Of a stretch of 64,000 bases of DNA, positions 14,068-28,300 are shown in pieces. Position 1 is the stretch's first letter. Every line of letters begins with the position of its first letter. The notes under the pieces were generated by a model that saw only the letters and a program-made list of their open reading frames with translations, was not told the DNA's origin and did not search any database. Both the position numbers and the translations under genes were made by a program. Origin of the DNA: Paraspadella gotoi (taxonomy: Eukaryota; Animalia; Chaetognatha); the NCBI GenBank assembly GCA_051294375.1, contig CM119267.1:24234111-24298110 (forward strand). Direction: 5' to 3'.

Positions 14068-15079
14068 CCGTGGGTGAGGTGAATCGTAGTGGAACAGACT
14101 CGAGGTCAACGAAAAATGATAAAACGATGAGAAAGGAAAAAAAGTCGCAAAGGAGAGAATAAGGGGTAATGGGAATAAAGGGGTAAAAGATGAGGGGTAC
14201 TGGGAATGAGGGGTAGGAGTTAAGGGGTAAGGCGGGCTAATATTAGATTATTTTATCATTGAGATTTCTGTTATATGAATTTTTTCCCTCCTTTATATAC
14301 TTTTAGTTCATTTGCTTAAAGATATTAGTTTGAGCTGCCTCGGTTTCATTCTTTGGTTTTAATTTCTAATTGACTTTAACAGAGACGGCGATCAACGCGT
14401 TAAAATGTTTATTTATAATACATCGAAATTGTCCCGATTTGTTTATAAACAAATGATAATAAAAGTAATATCTACAAGGCAATAACTATGAGGCAATTAA
14501 TGAATTTTAAATCAAACGAAAAGCAAATTAACTCAGATTGTCTCGTCCAACCTTTTTCGCTCTTCGTCAAATTATTCATCGACGCGACTCTCGAACGCGA
14601 ATCGGGAGACATGAGACCAAGATATCGAATCTTCGGACGTCGAGTTGTTCTGCCCCGACAGCGATTCTCGCTTTGCGCACCACGAACGCTGCAGAAAATA
14701 TATGCCTCAAGGTGTCGCGCGTTCAAGACGTCGCCCGTTTAAAGAGTACGACGAGAGTCTTTGGATAATTATTATTTTATTAGTATCAATAATATCAAAA
14801 ACCCGTTGAAACTTTACTTTAACGGGCAGACGAGATTGAATAACAAATTCTTATTAAGTCAGCCTACAAGTAAATAGTAACCTTAAAAGGTCAGGTTCAA
14901 TCACTAAAAATTATGTGGTCATTTGAAATTGACCGACGGAAAAGAAGAGAGGCAAAGCATATTATTTTTCTTCAAACGCCAAAACAATATTCCCAATATA
15001 AAGCATGTTAAAACATCGGGGCTTTTGAATATTACTAAATCGATTTTCAATGCAACTTTTTGAATTAGTTCATTGGGTT

Positions 15080-15425
15080 CTTGCACTGAAGCTTTTAAAT
15101 ATTTATTAATATATAACAAATGACAAAAAAAAATTTAAATTTTATTTTTTAAGAACGGATTCTTATAGAGCTTGAAAAGATAAATGAAAGTCAGTACTAC
15201 ATTTTTTTTAAATTTTGACAATAAATTGATTAAAAATAAAAAAAACCTAAAAAATCATCATCATCATCATCATTGAATTTTTACTTTTTTTAAATTTTTA
15301 TCAATAAAACAAAAAAATTAATAACCTTTATTTAACTTTTAAAGCTCTACAAGAATCTATTAAAAAAAAATTTTTAAATTGTAACTTTATATAGTAATAA
15401 AATGATTTTAAATGCTTCCGTGCGC
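15080..15425. mobile_element. Decayed foldback / MITE-like inverted repeat
   Basis: gattcttatagagcttgaaaagataaatgaaag (about 15158) is the reverse complement of ctttatttaacttttaaagctctacaagaatc (about 15326). Similarity extends outward to gcactgaagc / gcttccgtgc. Confidence 0.6.
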
Positions 15426-15795
15426 TTATTAATAAGATAAATTTTAAAAATTATTTTTATTTTCATATTCTCTAACAGTCACTTAACCATTATTTATTTG
15501 AGAGAACTTCTAGTTTTCAACCTGTTCCGGCCTAATGCATAGGCCATGAAATTTTATTTTTTTAATTTTGTTGAGGTGTAACGGAGATAAGGGGAGAGGA
15601 ATGTTGATAAGGAGACAGGATATGTGAAGAGCGAAGTTTTTTAGTGAGGAAAGTGAATCGACGGGTAAGGTGAGTTCGATACCACGAAATGGGGTGAGGT
15701 GTTCGTGAATAGGTAAGGCGATTGCATGTTGAAGCGAGAAATCAGTCTATTGTCGAGAAGTACCCTTCGGTTGATAATGGAAGGGGAGTTTCTAA

Positions 15796-15832
<37 letters not shown>

Positions 15833-16651
15833 AATCCGATCGTTCGACGCAAATGGATTTCGACTCAAAATTTCTGGGACGACGAAAGCTCAAGTCGTTT
15901 GACTCGGATATTTGTGACGATCATAAAGTCATTATGATAAAAAGATTACTGTAAAGTGATAATTAAAAAAAGATTAGGTTAAAATTTATTATAACGAATT
16001 CGATATTTTTTTTCTTTTTGAACGTTAGAACAATCGGACTGGCTTCAGACTAAACCGTCTGTCCGTCTGACCGTCTGTCTTTCCGTGGTTATTATATCAA
16101 ATAACGTTTGATAAGAGAGTGAAATCTGTTACGGGAAAAGGTTTTATCGTTTAAAATCGAACATCCAATAAGAAACGACAAAAAAAGGAATTTCGGTTCA
16201 TCGCATATCCAATGAGAAGGAGAGAAAGAAGAGAAGGAGGAAGAGGAGGAAGAGGAGGAGGAAGAGGCAGAGGAGGAAAATCGCTTAGAAAATTTCTGGC
16301 TTTTATAGAGGAAGGGTCAAGACTCAAAAGATTGTCTGAAAAATTTTTAAACTGTTTATTTTATCTCGTAATTAACTTGTTAATATTCATTTATAGATAA
16401 GAAATATCATAATTTTTTTTTTATTTTAACACTATAGTGAAGTGGATACTAAATCCCTTAATTAACAGATTTGTTTAATGCTGCTAACGATAAATAAATT
16501 AACTATAGCAGCGACTTAATGGTTCAATTTGTGATCCTATCTTTTTTTTTAATCTCACCCTCATGACGAGAAAGAATACCGTCTGTTCTGACCGAATAAA
16601 TAAATATAGATTAATTAAAAATTTATGTAAATTCTTTTTTTTTTTTAAATT

Positions 16652-16810
16652 ACGGGAGGATGATAAAAAAACTTGGGACGTTGAATCTGGTTTCATCCGG
16701 ACGGAAGAAAGGGATGTAATTGGGCCTGTGGTGAATGGAGGTAGCGGAGGTGGCAGGGATGGCTGGGATGGCATAAATGGTGTAGTAAGTGGCATGACAG
16801 GAAATTCATC
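16652..16810 (-). CDS. Possible Pro/Ser/Thr-rich exon
   Basis: GC-richer island in AT-rich DNA reading DEFPVMPLTTPFMPSQPSLPPPLPPFTTGPITSLSSVRMKPDSTSQVFLSSS; weak splice signals only. Confidence 0.25.
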
Positions 16811-17124
16811 TTCGGTTCAAGAAATTTTATATTTACATTTTATTTTATTTTATTTTTTTTATGATTGATAAAATTGATTAAACCATTAGTTTTAATAGAA
16901 TATAGTACTTGAGAATTTTGAGGAAGATTCAATGGTTCCAATTGATGACAACAATGACAACGACAACGAATTGCGTGACAAAAATGACGACGACGACGAC
17001 GACTCCAACAAAACAACAACAACAACATGAAATGAGCTTTTCGCGCGGAGCAGGTGGCCAACGAAGCGAGGCACATTGAAAATAAATGCGGAAAATAAAT
17101 AAATGCAAAACGTGGGCGAGAAGC

Positions 17125-17262
<138 letters not shown>

Positions 17263-17409
17263 CCCAACCGGAAGCAATCAAGAGTCCCTTTTCACGTTTG
17301 CTTGGCACATTGCTCGGAATCTCTTCCAATTTTTTTTTACCTTTCGTGTTGTTTTTCATAAATTCTCTCTCCTCGTCCGCGATCAGATTTTTCCTCCGAG
17401 TTCTGATTT

Positions 17410-17590
17410 TCTCCGGTGTTCCCCGGTGTTTCTCGACGTTCCCCAATGTTCCCCGGAGTTCTCCGGGGTTCCCCGATGTTCCCCGCATTTCTCCGATGTT
17501 CCCCGGTGTTTCTCGACGTTCCCCAATGTTCCCCGGAGTTCTCCGATGTTCCCCGGTGTTTCCCGACGTTCCATGGTTTTCCCCGGTGTG
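17410..17590. repeat. About 10-bp-based minisatellite (TGTTCCCCGG variants) with higher-order repetition
   Basis: Directly visible. Confidence 0.9.
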
Positions 17591-19160
17591 ATCCAACCTG
17601 TTTTTCTGACTTGTTTTCAAGACGAATCCCCCGATTTTCCCTCTTGTTACACAGTTTCATAGGCTTTTCCCCATGCTCTTTCCGAGCCTGTTCCCCAGCT
17701 TGTTCCCCATTCTGTTCCACAGCCTGTTCCCCTGCCACCTTCCTCTTCAAATATTCGTCCCGCTTCGCGTCTGTGAATCTGTATTCTGTCAAAATGCGAA
17801 GATTCACGTTTTTGTTTTCGTCTCTGATTTTTTTATTCACTTATTTTGACATCACAACTTATTTTTATTTTTGTCGTCTTTTATTTTCTTTTAATTATTA
17901 ATGTAATATTCATTACTTCAAATAAGTGACAAGCGAGGTTACATTTTTAATCCTTCTAAATTTAACTCTCCTTTAATTATTCGCTTTCTATTTTTCTCCA
18001 GTTTGTTTTGTTTTGTTTCTTTGTTTTGTTTTTTATTTTGACTTTTCTTTCCTCCAGTCCGATGCTCCTTTGTTTTCTCAGAGCAAAGATGTTCCATTGT
18101 TTCCTGACCACTAACGTATTTTTTTTCTGATTCATCCCAATCGACGCCAGATGGCTCCGCGCGTGAGTTCCATCCAGATCACGTTTGTACGCGAATACAA
18201 ACAAAATAGCGCTCGGGTTTCTCCGCTTGGAACTCGCGCTGAAATGATAACAAAAGGGAGAAACGAGGAGAGATTCCCGCTGGGGTCCACAGGGCGGGAA
18301 AGAAAAGAAAAATGAGAAGGGGAAGAAAAGAAAGGAGAATGAACAAGTTAGAAAAAAGGAAAGAAAAGGAGAAAAAAAAAGGAGACTAAAAAGAAGGTTA
18401 AACTGTCAAAGGAGAACAATAAAGAACAACAGAAGTTTACTTTCTCGTCAAAATATGAGGAAACTAGAGAAAATAAAAGTTTAAATTGGTTGGGAAAAGA
18501 TAAGATTGGAAAAAGGTTAGATATAAAGGGGAAATATTAAAGAAATAACTAATAGTTATTAACTAGTTATTAACTATGTACGGAATTGAAATAAAAAAAG
18601 AAAAAATTACGGACAAGAGAACAAAAGAAAGAAAATTACGGTCGGTACGGAGAAAAAAGCAGAAGGGAAGCGCTTTTATTTTCGTAGAACTCCCCATTTC
18701 ATTTTAAATTTAGAAATAAGTTAATTTTAGGTTCAAAATTAAGATTAAATTAGATTAGGTTAAAGATTAGGGATATTGATTAATTTAGTGATAAGGGTTA
18801 ATGATTTGTGTTAACATTTAAGGTTTAAGGTTATATAAAGTTAGGGTTAAGGATCAGGTTTAGAAATTAAAATTAAGTATTTCTTATGAGTTTAAAAATA
18901 TGATAAATTTTAAGATCAAGGAATAAGGAACGGAAATGAGTCGCTTTTAGAAAACAGAGCCATGAAAATAATGAAAGGGAAGATATATTGGGATGAGGAA
19001 AATGAGAGAGAAAAAAATGGAGTTTTTTTTTCATTCTTCGCTTCGACCAAAATAGACGGTAAAAGGGTCCAGCGAGAGCGACGCCAGCGGAAGAAAAAAA
19101 TATGAGCAGGAAAAAAAAGAAGCAATCGTTTTAGCGGCGACCATAGCAAGGCGGAAGAGG

Positions 19161-19207
<47 letters not shown>

Positions 19208-20003
19208 GAGACGAGGAGAGAGAGAGAAGATTGCACAAAAAGGGGAAAGAGGGAGATGGGGAGAGAGGAGAGGAGAGAGAGAGAGAAAGAGGAAAGGGAA
19301 AGGAAAGGGAAAGGGAAAGGGAAAAGAGTGGAGAGGGAGAGGGATAGGAAAGAGGGAGAGGGGGATAGAGAGATGTGAAAGAGTGAGAGAGAGAGAGAGA
19401 GAGAAGGGAAGGGGAAATATGAAAATAAGAGGGATCGCTTTAGCGCAGGCCATGACCGGGGCTGAAAAGAGAGAGAGAGAGAGAGAGAGAGGAGAGGGAT
19501 GGAGACAAGAAATAGACAGAGAGGAAGGAAGGAGAGGAAAAATATGAAAAAAAGAGCAATCGTTTAGCCGTGTCCAAGCGGAGATTGGAAATGGTGCTTG
19601 AATGTGGAGAGAGAGAGAGAGAGAGAGAATGAGGAGAGAGAGAGAGAGAGAGAGAGAGCGCGGAGCATTTGACCATATATGTAGAGAGCGAAAGAGAGAA
19701 AGAAGGAGAGAGAGTGAAACACAGAGAAAGAAAGTGAAGAGAAAGAGAGATATCATTTCTGGTTTCGATAAGGCGGTTTGTTCATTTCTATATAAATGGT
19801 CGGTGGTCACATGACTATAGGGCATATATCCCAAGTGGAGAGATCACGTGATGACAGATCACGTGAGAGGAGATCACGATGTTGATTGGCCAATGTCCAT
19901 ATGTGTGGGCGGTTGTTTCTCTCTGGTCATTGGTTTCGTGATCCGCGCTGTGAGCCGGTGACTGTGAGGGATACATGGTGCAGACTGGAGGGGGATTTAG
20001 AAA

Positions 20004-20095
<92 letters not shown>

Positions 20096-20127
20096 TTGAC
20101 GATTGGACAAAGAGAAAAAAAAACAGA

Positions 20128-20172
20128 ACCTTAACCCTAACCCTAACCAAAGCTAACCTAACCCTAACCTTA
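20128..20172. repeat. Short interstitial telomere-like (TAACCC/TAACC) tract
   Basis: accttaaccctaaccctaacc...taacctaaccctaacc. Confidence 0.6.
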
Positions 20173-20595
20173 AACTTTAAAAATAAAATGGAGACACACG
20201 CTCGTGAAACCTAAATCCTTATATAATTTCCTTCAGTCTGACATTTACTGTTGGCGAAGAAAGAAACTGAGGAGAAAAAAAAAAGAAAGAAAACAAATGA
20301 CCTGAAAAAAAAAAAGAAAAGAAAAAGAAAAACGTGAGTCGAGGTCGTCGGTTCGGGTCAACAAAACGACCGTCACAAAACATATCAATCTAGTCAGGTC
20401 AACGAACTATAATCCAAGATGACGCAGAATATCAATTCTGCAAACAACATGTTTTATATCTATTTAGAAAACTAATAATAAAATAATAATAATTTTTTTT
20501 TAGATTTAGATAATCTAAAACCAAAATTAATTAAAAAAATTAATGATGATAATAATAAAAATAAAAAATATAGAATTAATAAATAATAAGTAATA

Positions 20596-20631
<36 letters not shown>

Positions 20632-20721
20632 AATATAATAATAATAATAATAAAAATAATAATAATAGCAATAAATAATTTTAAAGAATATTTTAAAATA
20701 AAAAACTTAAAATGGTGAAAC

Positions 20722-21000
20722 AATTTTCATAGGTCAACGAACGACTATATGGGATAACAGAAGATAGCAATTTGGCGAGTAAAAGGCGACTAGATCCAGG
20801 ATAACATAAGCGATCAATTAGGCATGTCTACAAATAACTATCTGGGATAACTGAGAAGGTAAATATGGCAGGTCAATGAGGGTTTATCCCGGATAACGTA
20901 GAAAATAAATTATGCAGGCCAATGAGTGATTACACGGGAAAACATACAAGATTAATTAAGCAATAGCACAAATTACTCTCCCGGATAACAGTGAATAAAT
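20722..21000. repeat. Diverged 46-bp tandem array, 6 units, with quasi-palindromic TATCY-N-GGATAAC core
   Basis: GGATAAC (or GGAAAAC) starts at 20752, 20799, 20845, 20891, 20937 and 20983. Confidence 0.8.
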
Positions 21001-21612
21001 GTCGTTGTGAAAGATTCTTGCAGGATTCTGCTTTGTTGTTATCTTGTAGGTGAGATGGAGGACGTAAACCACCACACACCACAGTCTGTCTAAAGTCAGG
21101 ATTAACATAACTTATTTGTTAAAACGAAACGATAATTTTTAAATTGGCTGTACCAACTTCATAGAGAATAAATTGGGTAGGTTGAACGCTATCTGGTACC
21201 ACCTAGTACCTACAAATTGAGAGTCAGAATCTAGTTCTCAGACACAATTTAGACCCAATTTGCAGTCTACCATTTAACGGATTTTATCCGAGTCGCGGAT
21301 CAGATTCTATTCTTGATTCCGATTCCATCTGCAGTCATAAAATATCCTTCTTTAACCAACCAAGTTTTGGCAAAGTTTTTTTTTTTTTAAATGTTCCATC
21401 AGTCAATCGATCAAACTTGAGAATCAGAGTCGCTCGCATCGTCGTCCCCCGACCGACCATTTAGATTCGACGGCGTCGGCCATTGGTCGAGCTCAAACGG
21501 ACGAAGTCGAACGTCAAACGTCAAACGTCAAACAGTAAAAGGTCAACAAGGAAGGGTCACGCGTCAACAAACAAAAAGTCAGAAAGGCGCGCGCGGGCGA
21601 GCCTAACGACCG

Positions 21613-21626
21613 GTCGCCATGGCAAC
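21613..21626. promoter_or_regulatory. RFX X-box motif GTCGCCATGGCAAC
   Basis: Exact match to the established consensus GTNRCC-N0-3-RGYAAC, inside a CpG-rich island (21430-21640), followed by AAAATGG and a GTAAGG donor-like site at about 21703. Confidence 0.5.
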
Positions 21627-21785
21627 GAAAAATGGAGCGGAATCGAGAGAAGAGAAAAAAGAAAGAGGGCGACTGTCTATCTTTTTGTCTGTATGTCAGT
21701 CGGTAAGGGGGTTTTTTTTTTTGGTCTCTCTTGTTCTCCTTCGTTGGGCCTTACTTTTTCTAAACAAATAATTGTTTTATGCGTA

Positions 21786-21990
21786 AACATTTATTTTTTT
21801 TTGGTCTTTTTACGTCGGATCTTTAACGCGTCTGGTTATGACTTTTATTTAACATTTAACATTTAACATTTACTTAGCATTTATTTTTTTGGTCTTTTTA
21901 CGTCGGAACTTTAACGCGTCTGGTTATGACTTTTATTTAACATTTAACATTAAACATTTACTTAACATTTATTTTTTTGGTCTTTTGACG
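21786..21990. repeat. About 89-bp tandem duplication, 2.3 copies
   Basis: catttatttttttggtctttt(t)acg recurs at about 21788, 21878 and 21966. Confidence 0.9.
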
Positions 21991-22805
21991 ATGCTTTTGT
22001 CTCCGCTTTCAGTATTCTACCTGCTCTAACCGTTTTGGTCTCTTCTTTTATCAATGCTTTCGTCTCCGCTTTTTATCCTTGCTTTTTCTCTAACGAAAAA
22101 ATAAAGCGCAAAGAAAGCAGGAAGGTCTTTTTATGGTACGTCGTTGTAGCCGTCGTCGTCGTCGTCGCGGCAGCGCGTATCAGGCCAAGAGAACATAAAG
22201 TAGCCCTGGGATCTTTCCAGCAAGGATCGCTTCCCAATCCGGCACTTCATCAGTTCGCGTCATACTCTCCTCTCAGCCACTGACACCCAATGACCCGTCA
22301 TCATCGTCCTTGTCTTCATTTGCATAAAAACAAGGCGGGCCAGCTCACTTTGAGCTCTTTCTTCCCTTGTAATTTCACTATCTTAATCTCCTAATTTATC
22401 AACTTAACTAAAAACTACTTTCTTTTCATATTTCATATTTTCACTTAACTATCCCTTACCTAATTACTTATTTATTCACTAGTTAAATGTTAAAATTTTC
22501 TCCTAATGTTAGTTTTTCAAACTCCTTTATCTTTTGTTGTACATTGCAAAAATGCTATCTTTATTAGTATATCTCTGTTGTTTGTTCTTCTCTCTCTCAC
22601 TCTCTTCTCTTCTCTACTCTTTAACAAGTTTCACTTCTTTTCACAACCTCACTCAATCTGTTCCTCACCTTCAACCTGGTCCCTCACATCTGACCACCTA
22701 TTCTGCTCTCACCACTTTGTATTGGAAAAACTTTTACCCTCTCTCTCTCTCTCTCTCTCTCTTTCACCACACTCTTTCTTTTGCACAGAAAATTTATTAT
22801 TGAAT

Positions 22806-22857
22806 TGTCATATGTCTGATGCAAGCTTGAAATAAGCAAGCCGAAACATGTCCAAAC
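22806..22857 (+). ncRNA. Hammerhead ribozyme-like motif, degenerate copy (CTGATGC)
   Basis: CTGATGC aagcttg-aaataag-caagcc GAAA CATG TC; homologous to the copies at 34663 and 48700, with a core mismatch that may be a sequencing error. Confidence 0.55.
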
Positions 22858-23527
22858 TAACTAATAAAAAATCTTGTTAAAATTCCAAAATTCTTTGCTC
22901 TCCTCTAGATCTTTTATTTTAGAACTTTTTGTTGTTTCTAATTATTTTTATTTTATTATACTTAGTAGTATATTATAGTGTATATAGTAGTGATTATCAA
23001 TTTTTTTCTTCTTTTTCTCCTCTTATCTCTTTTCTTTTTCCTTTCCTTTTTTCACTTATCTTTCTTTTTTACTTTTTTCCTATTTTCTCCTTTTCTCTTT
23101 CTTTTTTTCCTTTTCCTTAATTTCTCCTTTTTTCCCATATTTTCTCCTTTTCATCTCTTCATTTTTTCCTTTTCCTTTTTTCCCTTTTTTTCTTTTTTTT
23201 CCCCTTTTTTTTGCGGACGCCGAAATAAATGCGACGAAGATTTCCTTTTCCTTCCGACTTGAGCGAACGAATCCCGCACATTCGTACCGGGAATTCCTGG
23301 TGGGGAGGCACACATTACTCGGCACATTTGTTCGGGAGGGAAAGCCATATTGGCATTAAATGTCGGAGGCACATTTGCCTGCACATTCGTCTGAGAGGAA
23401 TGGCAATATACGCAAATTCGTCTGAGTTGTGGTCCGTAGTATTCTAGAATACTGGTGCTTTTTTTGTTACTCTTTTTGTATTTAACATTATATTTCATAT
23501 TAGTATAATAAAAATTGATTAGTGTAG

Positions 23528-23770
23528 TGTGGCTCATTGAATTCAGCTCATGACCACTATGCGTACCGCGCGTCCAATCCCAACCGGTACCCTACTCTAC
23601 GGGAACTTGCAGAGACGGCCGTTAAAACCGGGACTTAGTGGGCGTGTGAAAAACCTGCGAAAAGCTGGTTCCTAGCTCAGGAACCCGTTCCATTATTGCT
23701 GCTGAGCGGGCACGGAAGTTACGGATTAGTTACGTGCTTCAGCCTACTTGGCGCCTTCGTCCTCAATAAT
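23528..23770 (+). mobile_element. tRNA-derived SINE inside the block (other copies about 33780-34007 minus and 47805-48030 minus)
   Basis: gtggctcattga..tcagctcatgaccacta..tccaatcc head; body motifs gacggccgt, acccgttccat, gaagttacggat and gcgcctt shared with 4090-4690; (AAT)n tail. Confidence 0.7.
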
Positions 23771-25753
23771 AATACATATAGAATAATATACCATTTTTTA
23801 AAAAAATATAAACACTCCTAAACTAAACTATTGCGCATTATAATAATGCTCTTTAATTTTATAAAAGGTGCTGTGCCAAGATATCCCCGACTAAGGTTAC
23901 CAGAGTAATAGAATCGCATTAAAAAGAATCATACCTCGTGATCTCAATGTCCCCAGACATGCGCCAGTTCTGTTGAAAAAAATTTGACTCTGTCACTGGA
24001 AAACTGTTGTGTCCTTCGTCGACCGACAAGAGCCCGATGAACTTCCTATCATTGACGGCTTTCTTATTGGGCGTGACACTGTCCTCTATGCGCTGGCAGT
24101 ACGTGGACTGTCGACCAATCTCGTCCTGGCACCGGGCATCAAGGCACTTCCGATGAGGCTCGTTCTTCTTGGGCGTGGAACTTCAATCCAGTCTTTGTTT
24201 CATCACAGCCGAAAATGTGCCACTTTTGATCAGGACTCATTACTTAATGTAGGTGACTTTTCAACGGCAGACTCAATTCTCTTGGGATTGGCACTTCCAA
24301 TCCAGTCTTGTTCTTTGGCCGTGTGCAACCGTGGCACTTGCCGACCAGCACACACTTTTCACTTCGTAACACTTTTCTAACAGTATCGTTCCTCTGAGCG
24401 TGCAACCGTCGCACTTCCATCCAGTCTTGTTCCTTCGGCGTGGCAACCGTGGCACTTGCGATCAGAACACATTTCACTTCGTAACCACTTTCCTAACAGT
24501 CTCGTTCCTCTGGAGCGTGCGCAACCGTGGCAACTCCGGCTTCCAAACGCCACGCCATCGACTTCCTGCCAAACGCGGTCGCCAAAATTTATATCCTCGT
24601 TTCCAGTCGTCAATCGCAGAGAGAATTGGAAGTCTTGCCACTTTGCTGAAGATTCACTCTCAAGATTCCGTCTTCTGTTGTGAATATTTGTTGTACCTGT
24701 TTTCACTCGATGTTTATATAGGTTGTTTATTGTTATTGTTATAAAGACTTAATCTAATAAAAAATAATCTCATATCAGAAAAGTAAAAAATAACCCAAAA
24801 CATCGACGCTTATATGGATATTATTAGATATTGTTTAAATAATGTTATATTGATTTGGCATCGAACTGAAGTGATTTAAGAATCTATAAAAAGAAATATT
24901 CTATACTTTACCCGGTAGACGAATTTAAGGTGTAGTTTTGTCTTCTTTTGAATTTTTTTGGTTTTTTCTTTCCCCGAAACTTGTCTTTTCGTAATTCACA
25001 GTTGCGGCTTCTTTAATTTTAAGTCAATCCTTTAAAGCTTGCTCCACTATAGTTTTCTTTTTTCCTTCTTCTTTTTTTTTTTAAAAGCTCCTTTAAACCA
25101 CGATCGGACTGCCTTTTATTACTCCTTTCCGTTTTTTCTCAACTTGCTCCTATTGAAATTGGCTTCTCAATTACTGATTACAAAAGACTTTTACACTCTT
25201 TTTATTAATATTATTAGTTTTTTTCACTTTTTCTTTTTTTTAGTCTCGAGTAATATAATCCTCTGGTATATATTCTTCTATCTTTTTACTTTTCGTATCT
25301 CCCGCGTTATATATTTCTTTTACTCCGCAGTCCTCGTTTCCACCAATCTCCGCTCGGACCGGCTTCACTCCCATACCCCGGCCGATCCTTCCGCCGTCTG
25401 TTCGCTCCGCCTCCGCGGAAAAAAAATGGAGGGATGAAAAAGTTTAGTAGCGAGAATTCAGACGCTGGCGGCAATTCCCGATGGCTACCTGGAGGCGGGG
25501 AAGGGGGAGGTGAGGGCAGTAGGAGGAGGGAGGAGGAGGAATAGAGAGAAAAAGCGTAAAGATGGTAGTGAATGAGAGTTTGTGAAGAGGCAGGAAAAGG
25601 AGAACGATGAATTAAGGAAAAAAGGAATTAAGCTAAAGGAGAAAAAATAAGGTGCATGGAGGTAAGAGGAGGGGGAGGAGTTTGTTATGAGACGCCAGGT
25701 CCCTCCTTAATGGAGGAAAACCGGGGGCTTGCTAATAATGTTTAGACGCTCCT

Positions 25754-25793
<40 letters not shown>

Positions 25794-28257
25794 ACTCTCT
25801 CGTCTCTCTATGCGAAATCATAATAAATTCTTGCGGCGGTCGTTTCCAGCCAGAGGCGCAAGACACTTCCCCTTCTCTCCTTCCAGGTTCAGCGACGCTT
25901 CGTTCAACGAGGACACGGCTTCGTCCACATGGCTCTTCTTCATATGGTTCTGTTGTATTCTGTCTATTAGCTCTAAGAAGTTCTAAAATGGTGTCTCTTA
26001 GTTTTTGCTTATTCTTAGTATGTTTCTTCATATGGGTTCTTTAGGTTTATTGCTATCTTAAGTATGTTTCTTCATATGGTTTCTCTTTAGCGTTTATTGC
26101 CTATTCTTAGTATCTATCTTCATATGTTCTCTTAGGTTTTATTGCTCATTCTTGAGGTAATAGTTTCTTTCCATATGCGTTCTCTTAGGTTTTATTGCTA
26201 TTCTTAGTATGTTTCTTTCATATGCGGTTTCTCTTTAGTTTTATTGCTATCTTAGATGTTTTTATAGGTTTCTTATGTATTCTATTCTTTTGGAGTTTTC
26301 ATGGTCTCTTAGGTTTTATTGACTTATTTAGTATGATGTTATTCATATGGTTTCTGGTTATCTCTTATTCTTATTATGTTTCTTAGTATGGTTCTCTCGT
26401 TTTTTGCATCTAGTATGGTTATAGCGTTTCTCTTAGGTTTTATTGCTATTCTGTGAGTATGTTTAATCTCATAATGATTGCTCTTATAGGTTTTATTGGC
26501 TTATTCTTCATGTTTCTCATATTGGTGTCTCTTAAGGTTTTATTGCTATTCTTAGTATGTTTCTTCATATGTTCTCTTAGGTTTTATATGCTATTCTTAG
26601 TATGTTTACATTCATTATGTCTATATTTCAATTCTTCTTAGGATTTTTCTTACTTATTCTTAGTATGTTTCTTCATATGGTTGTCTAGTTTATTGCTATT
26701 CTTAGTATGTTTCATTCATATGGTCTCTTAGGATTTATTGCTATTCTTAGTATGTTTTACCAAATGGTTCTCTTTAGGTTATATTTGGCTATTCTTAGCT
26801 ATTGTCTTTACTCATAAGGTTGTCCTAAGGTTTATTGTACTTTTCAGATTCTGCAGTAGGTTAGCTATGTTCTTCCGAGTTTGATTGTTCTTCTTAGTAT
26901 TGTTCTTTTTTAGTTTCACTCGCTTTTGTATGTTCTTCTTTTCTATTATTTTCCCTTAGTGTTCTCCTCATATGCTATTCGTTCTGGGCTTTATTTTTTT
27001 TTCTTTGTCTTTTAATTTTGTTTCCCTTTCCCTTTTATACAGTACTGTATTTTTGACAGTTAATATCTCAGATCTAAGGCTTATTCCATGCAATGTATAT
27101 CTGTTAGATGTGTTATGGTTCAAAATTTCCCATTGTTCCCTTCGTCTTATATCGATTGCTGGTAATAAAATCTTTCTCAAGCTTTTTTGGTTAAGTAAAA
27201 AAAGTTATAGCCGTTAAGAAATATAAGACTTACATGCCCAACTGCTTTCAATGTTTTATAAGAATTAGCGACGATCTTTTATTATTTTCTGCTTTGACTC
27301 TGAAATTGCAGAATTCGTTTTTGTTTTTTGCGTAAGTTTTAGTGCAATCGCAGTGAGCGTTCAACACTGATTCAATTTTACACATTGCAGTTTAAGAATT
27401 GTTTTGGTGCTTTTTCATTTCATATTTTTAGATGTTTGGGAAAAATTATTTGTTATGGTTATAAAGTTTGCGTGAATTTATGCGGGTTTCAAACGATAGA
27501 AAGTCACTCACCTTTTATTTTTTAGCTTCAATTACAGTTAAAATGTCAAGTTTTGCATATTTATTTGTGAGTTACTTTGACATTAGTTTTTAGTATTATT
27601 TATTTTCCGCCCAGACTTTCTAACACCTGGGCGATGGCATTACCACCTGGGCACTTGGGCATTGCCACCTGGCCGCATTAGCCACCCGGATTTTGAGATG
27701 CTAGCGGCCTATAGGTCAGCGCAGAAACAGTTGTCGCCGCCCCTTCGAGCCTTCAGCGCCGCGCCTTTCTGTTCCTACGGCGGCTATTTTACCGGACCTG
27801 CAACTTTTAATGCCGAGCAATTGCGTGAATTAGATTCAAAGGAAGCGTTAAAGTTGTATATTAACGCCCCTTATCCGCGGCGCCGGCTTTGCAGACAGCG
27901 ACCCCGGCATTGCGATACAAGCATTATAATTATCTAAAAATATATGCTTCTTTGTTTTCTCTCTTAACATTTTTTGTTCGGATATTTAATTTCTTTATTC
28001 AATTGATATCTTCTCTCACACTGTCAAAGCTTCACAGCCTTTGAAGTTCTTTTAAATTATTTCAGTCGATCTTCTTAGATTTCTATAGTATAAACAACTT
28101 AATTTCTACCAACATCCTTTTTTGTTGTTTTTCCGTATTTCCTTCTCCTCTCTGTCTCCCTCTCTATCTTTTACTCGTGTTGATAACAACTTTGAGGAAT
28201 CACGTTCTCGAAGAGAGAGAGAAACGAGAGAGAGAGAGAAGAGAAGAGAGAGAGAAG

Positions 28258-28300
<43 letters not shown>

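Noticed and set aside
20128-20172. Chromosome end or telomere-targeted insertion
   Set aside because: Only a few degenerate units, internal, and not adjacent to the PLE copies.
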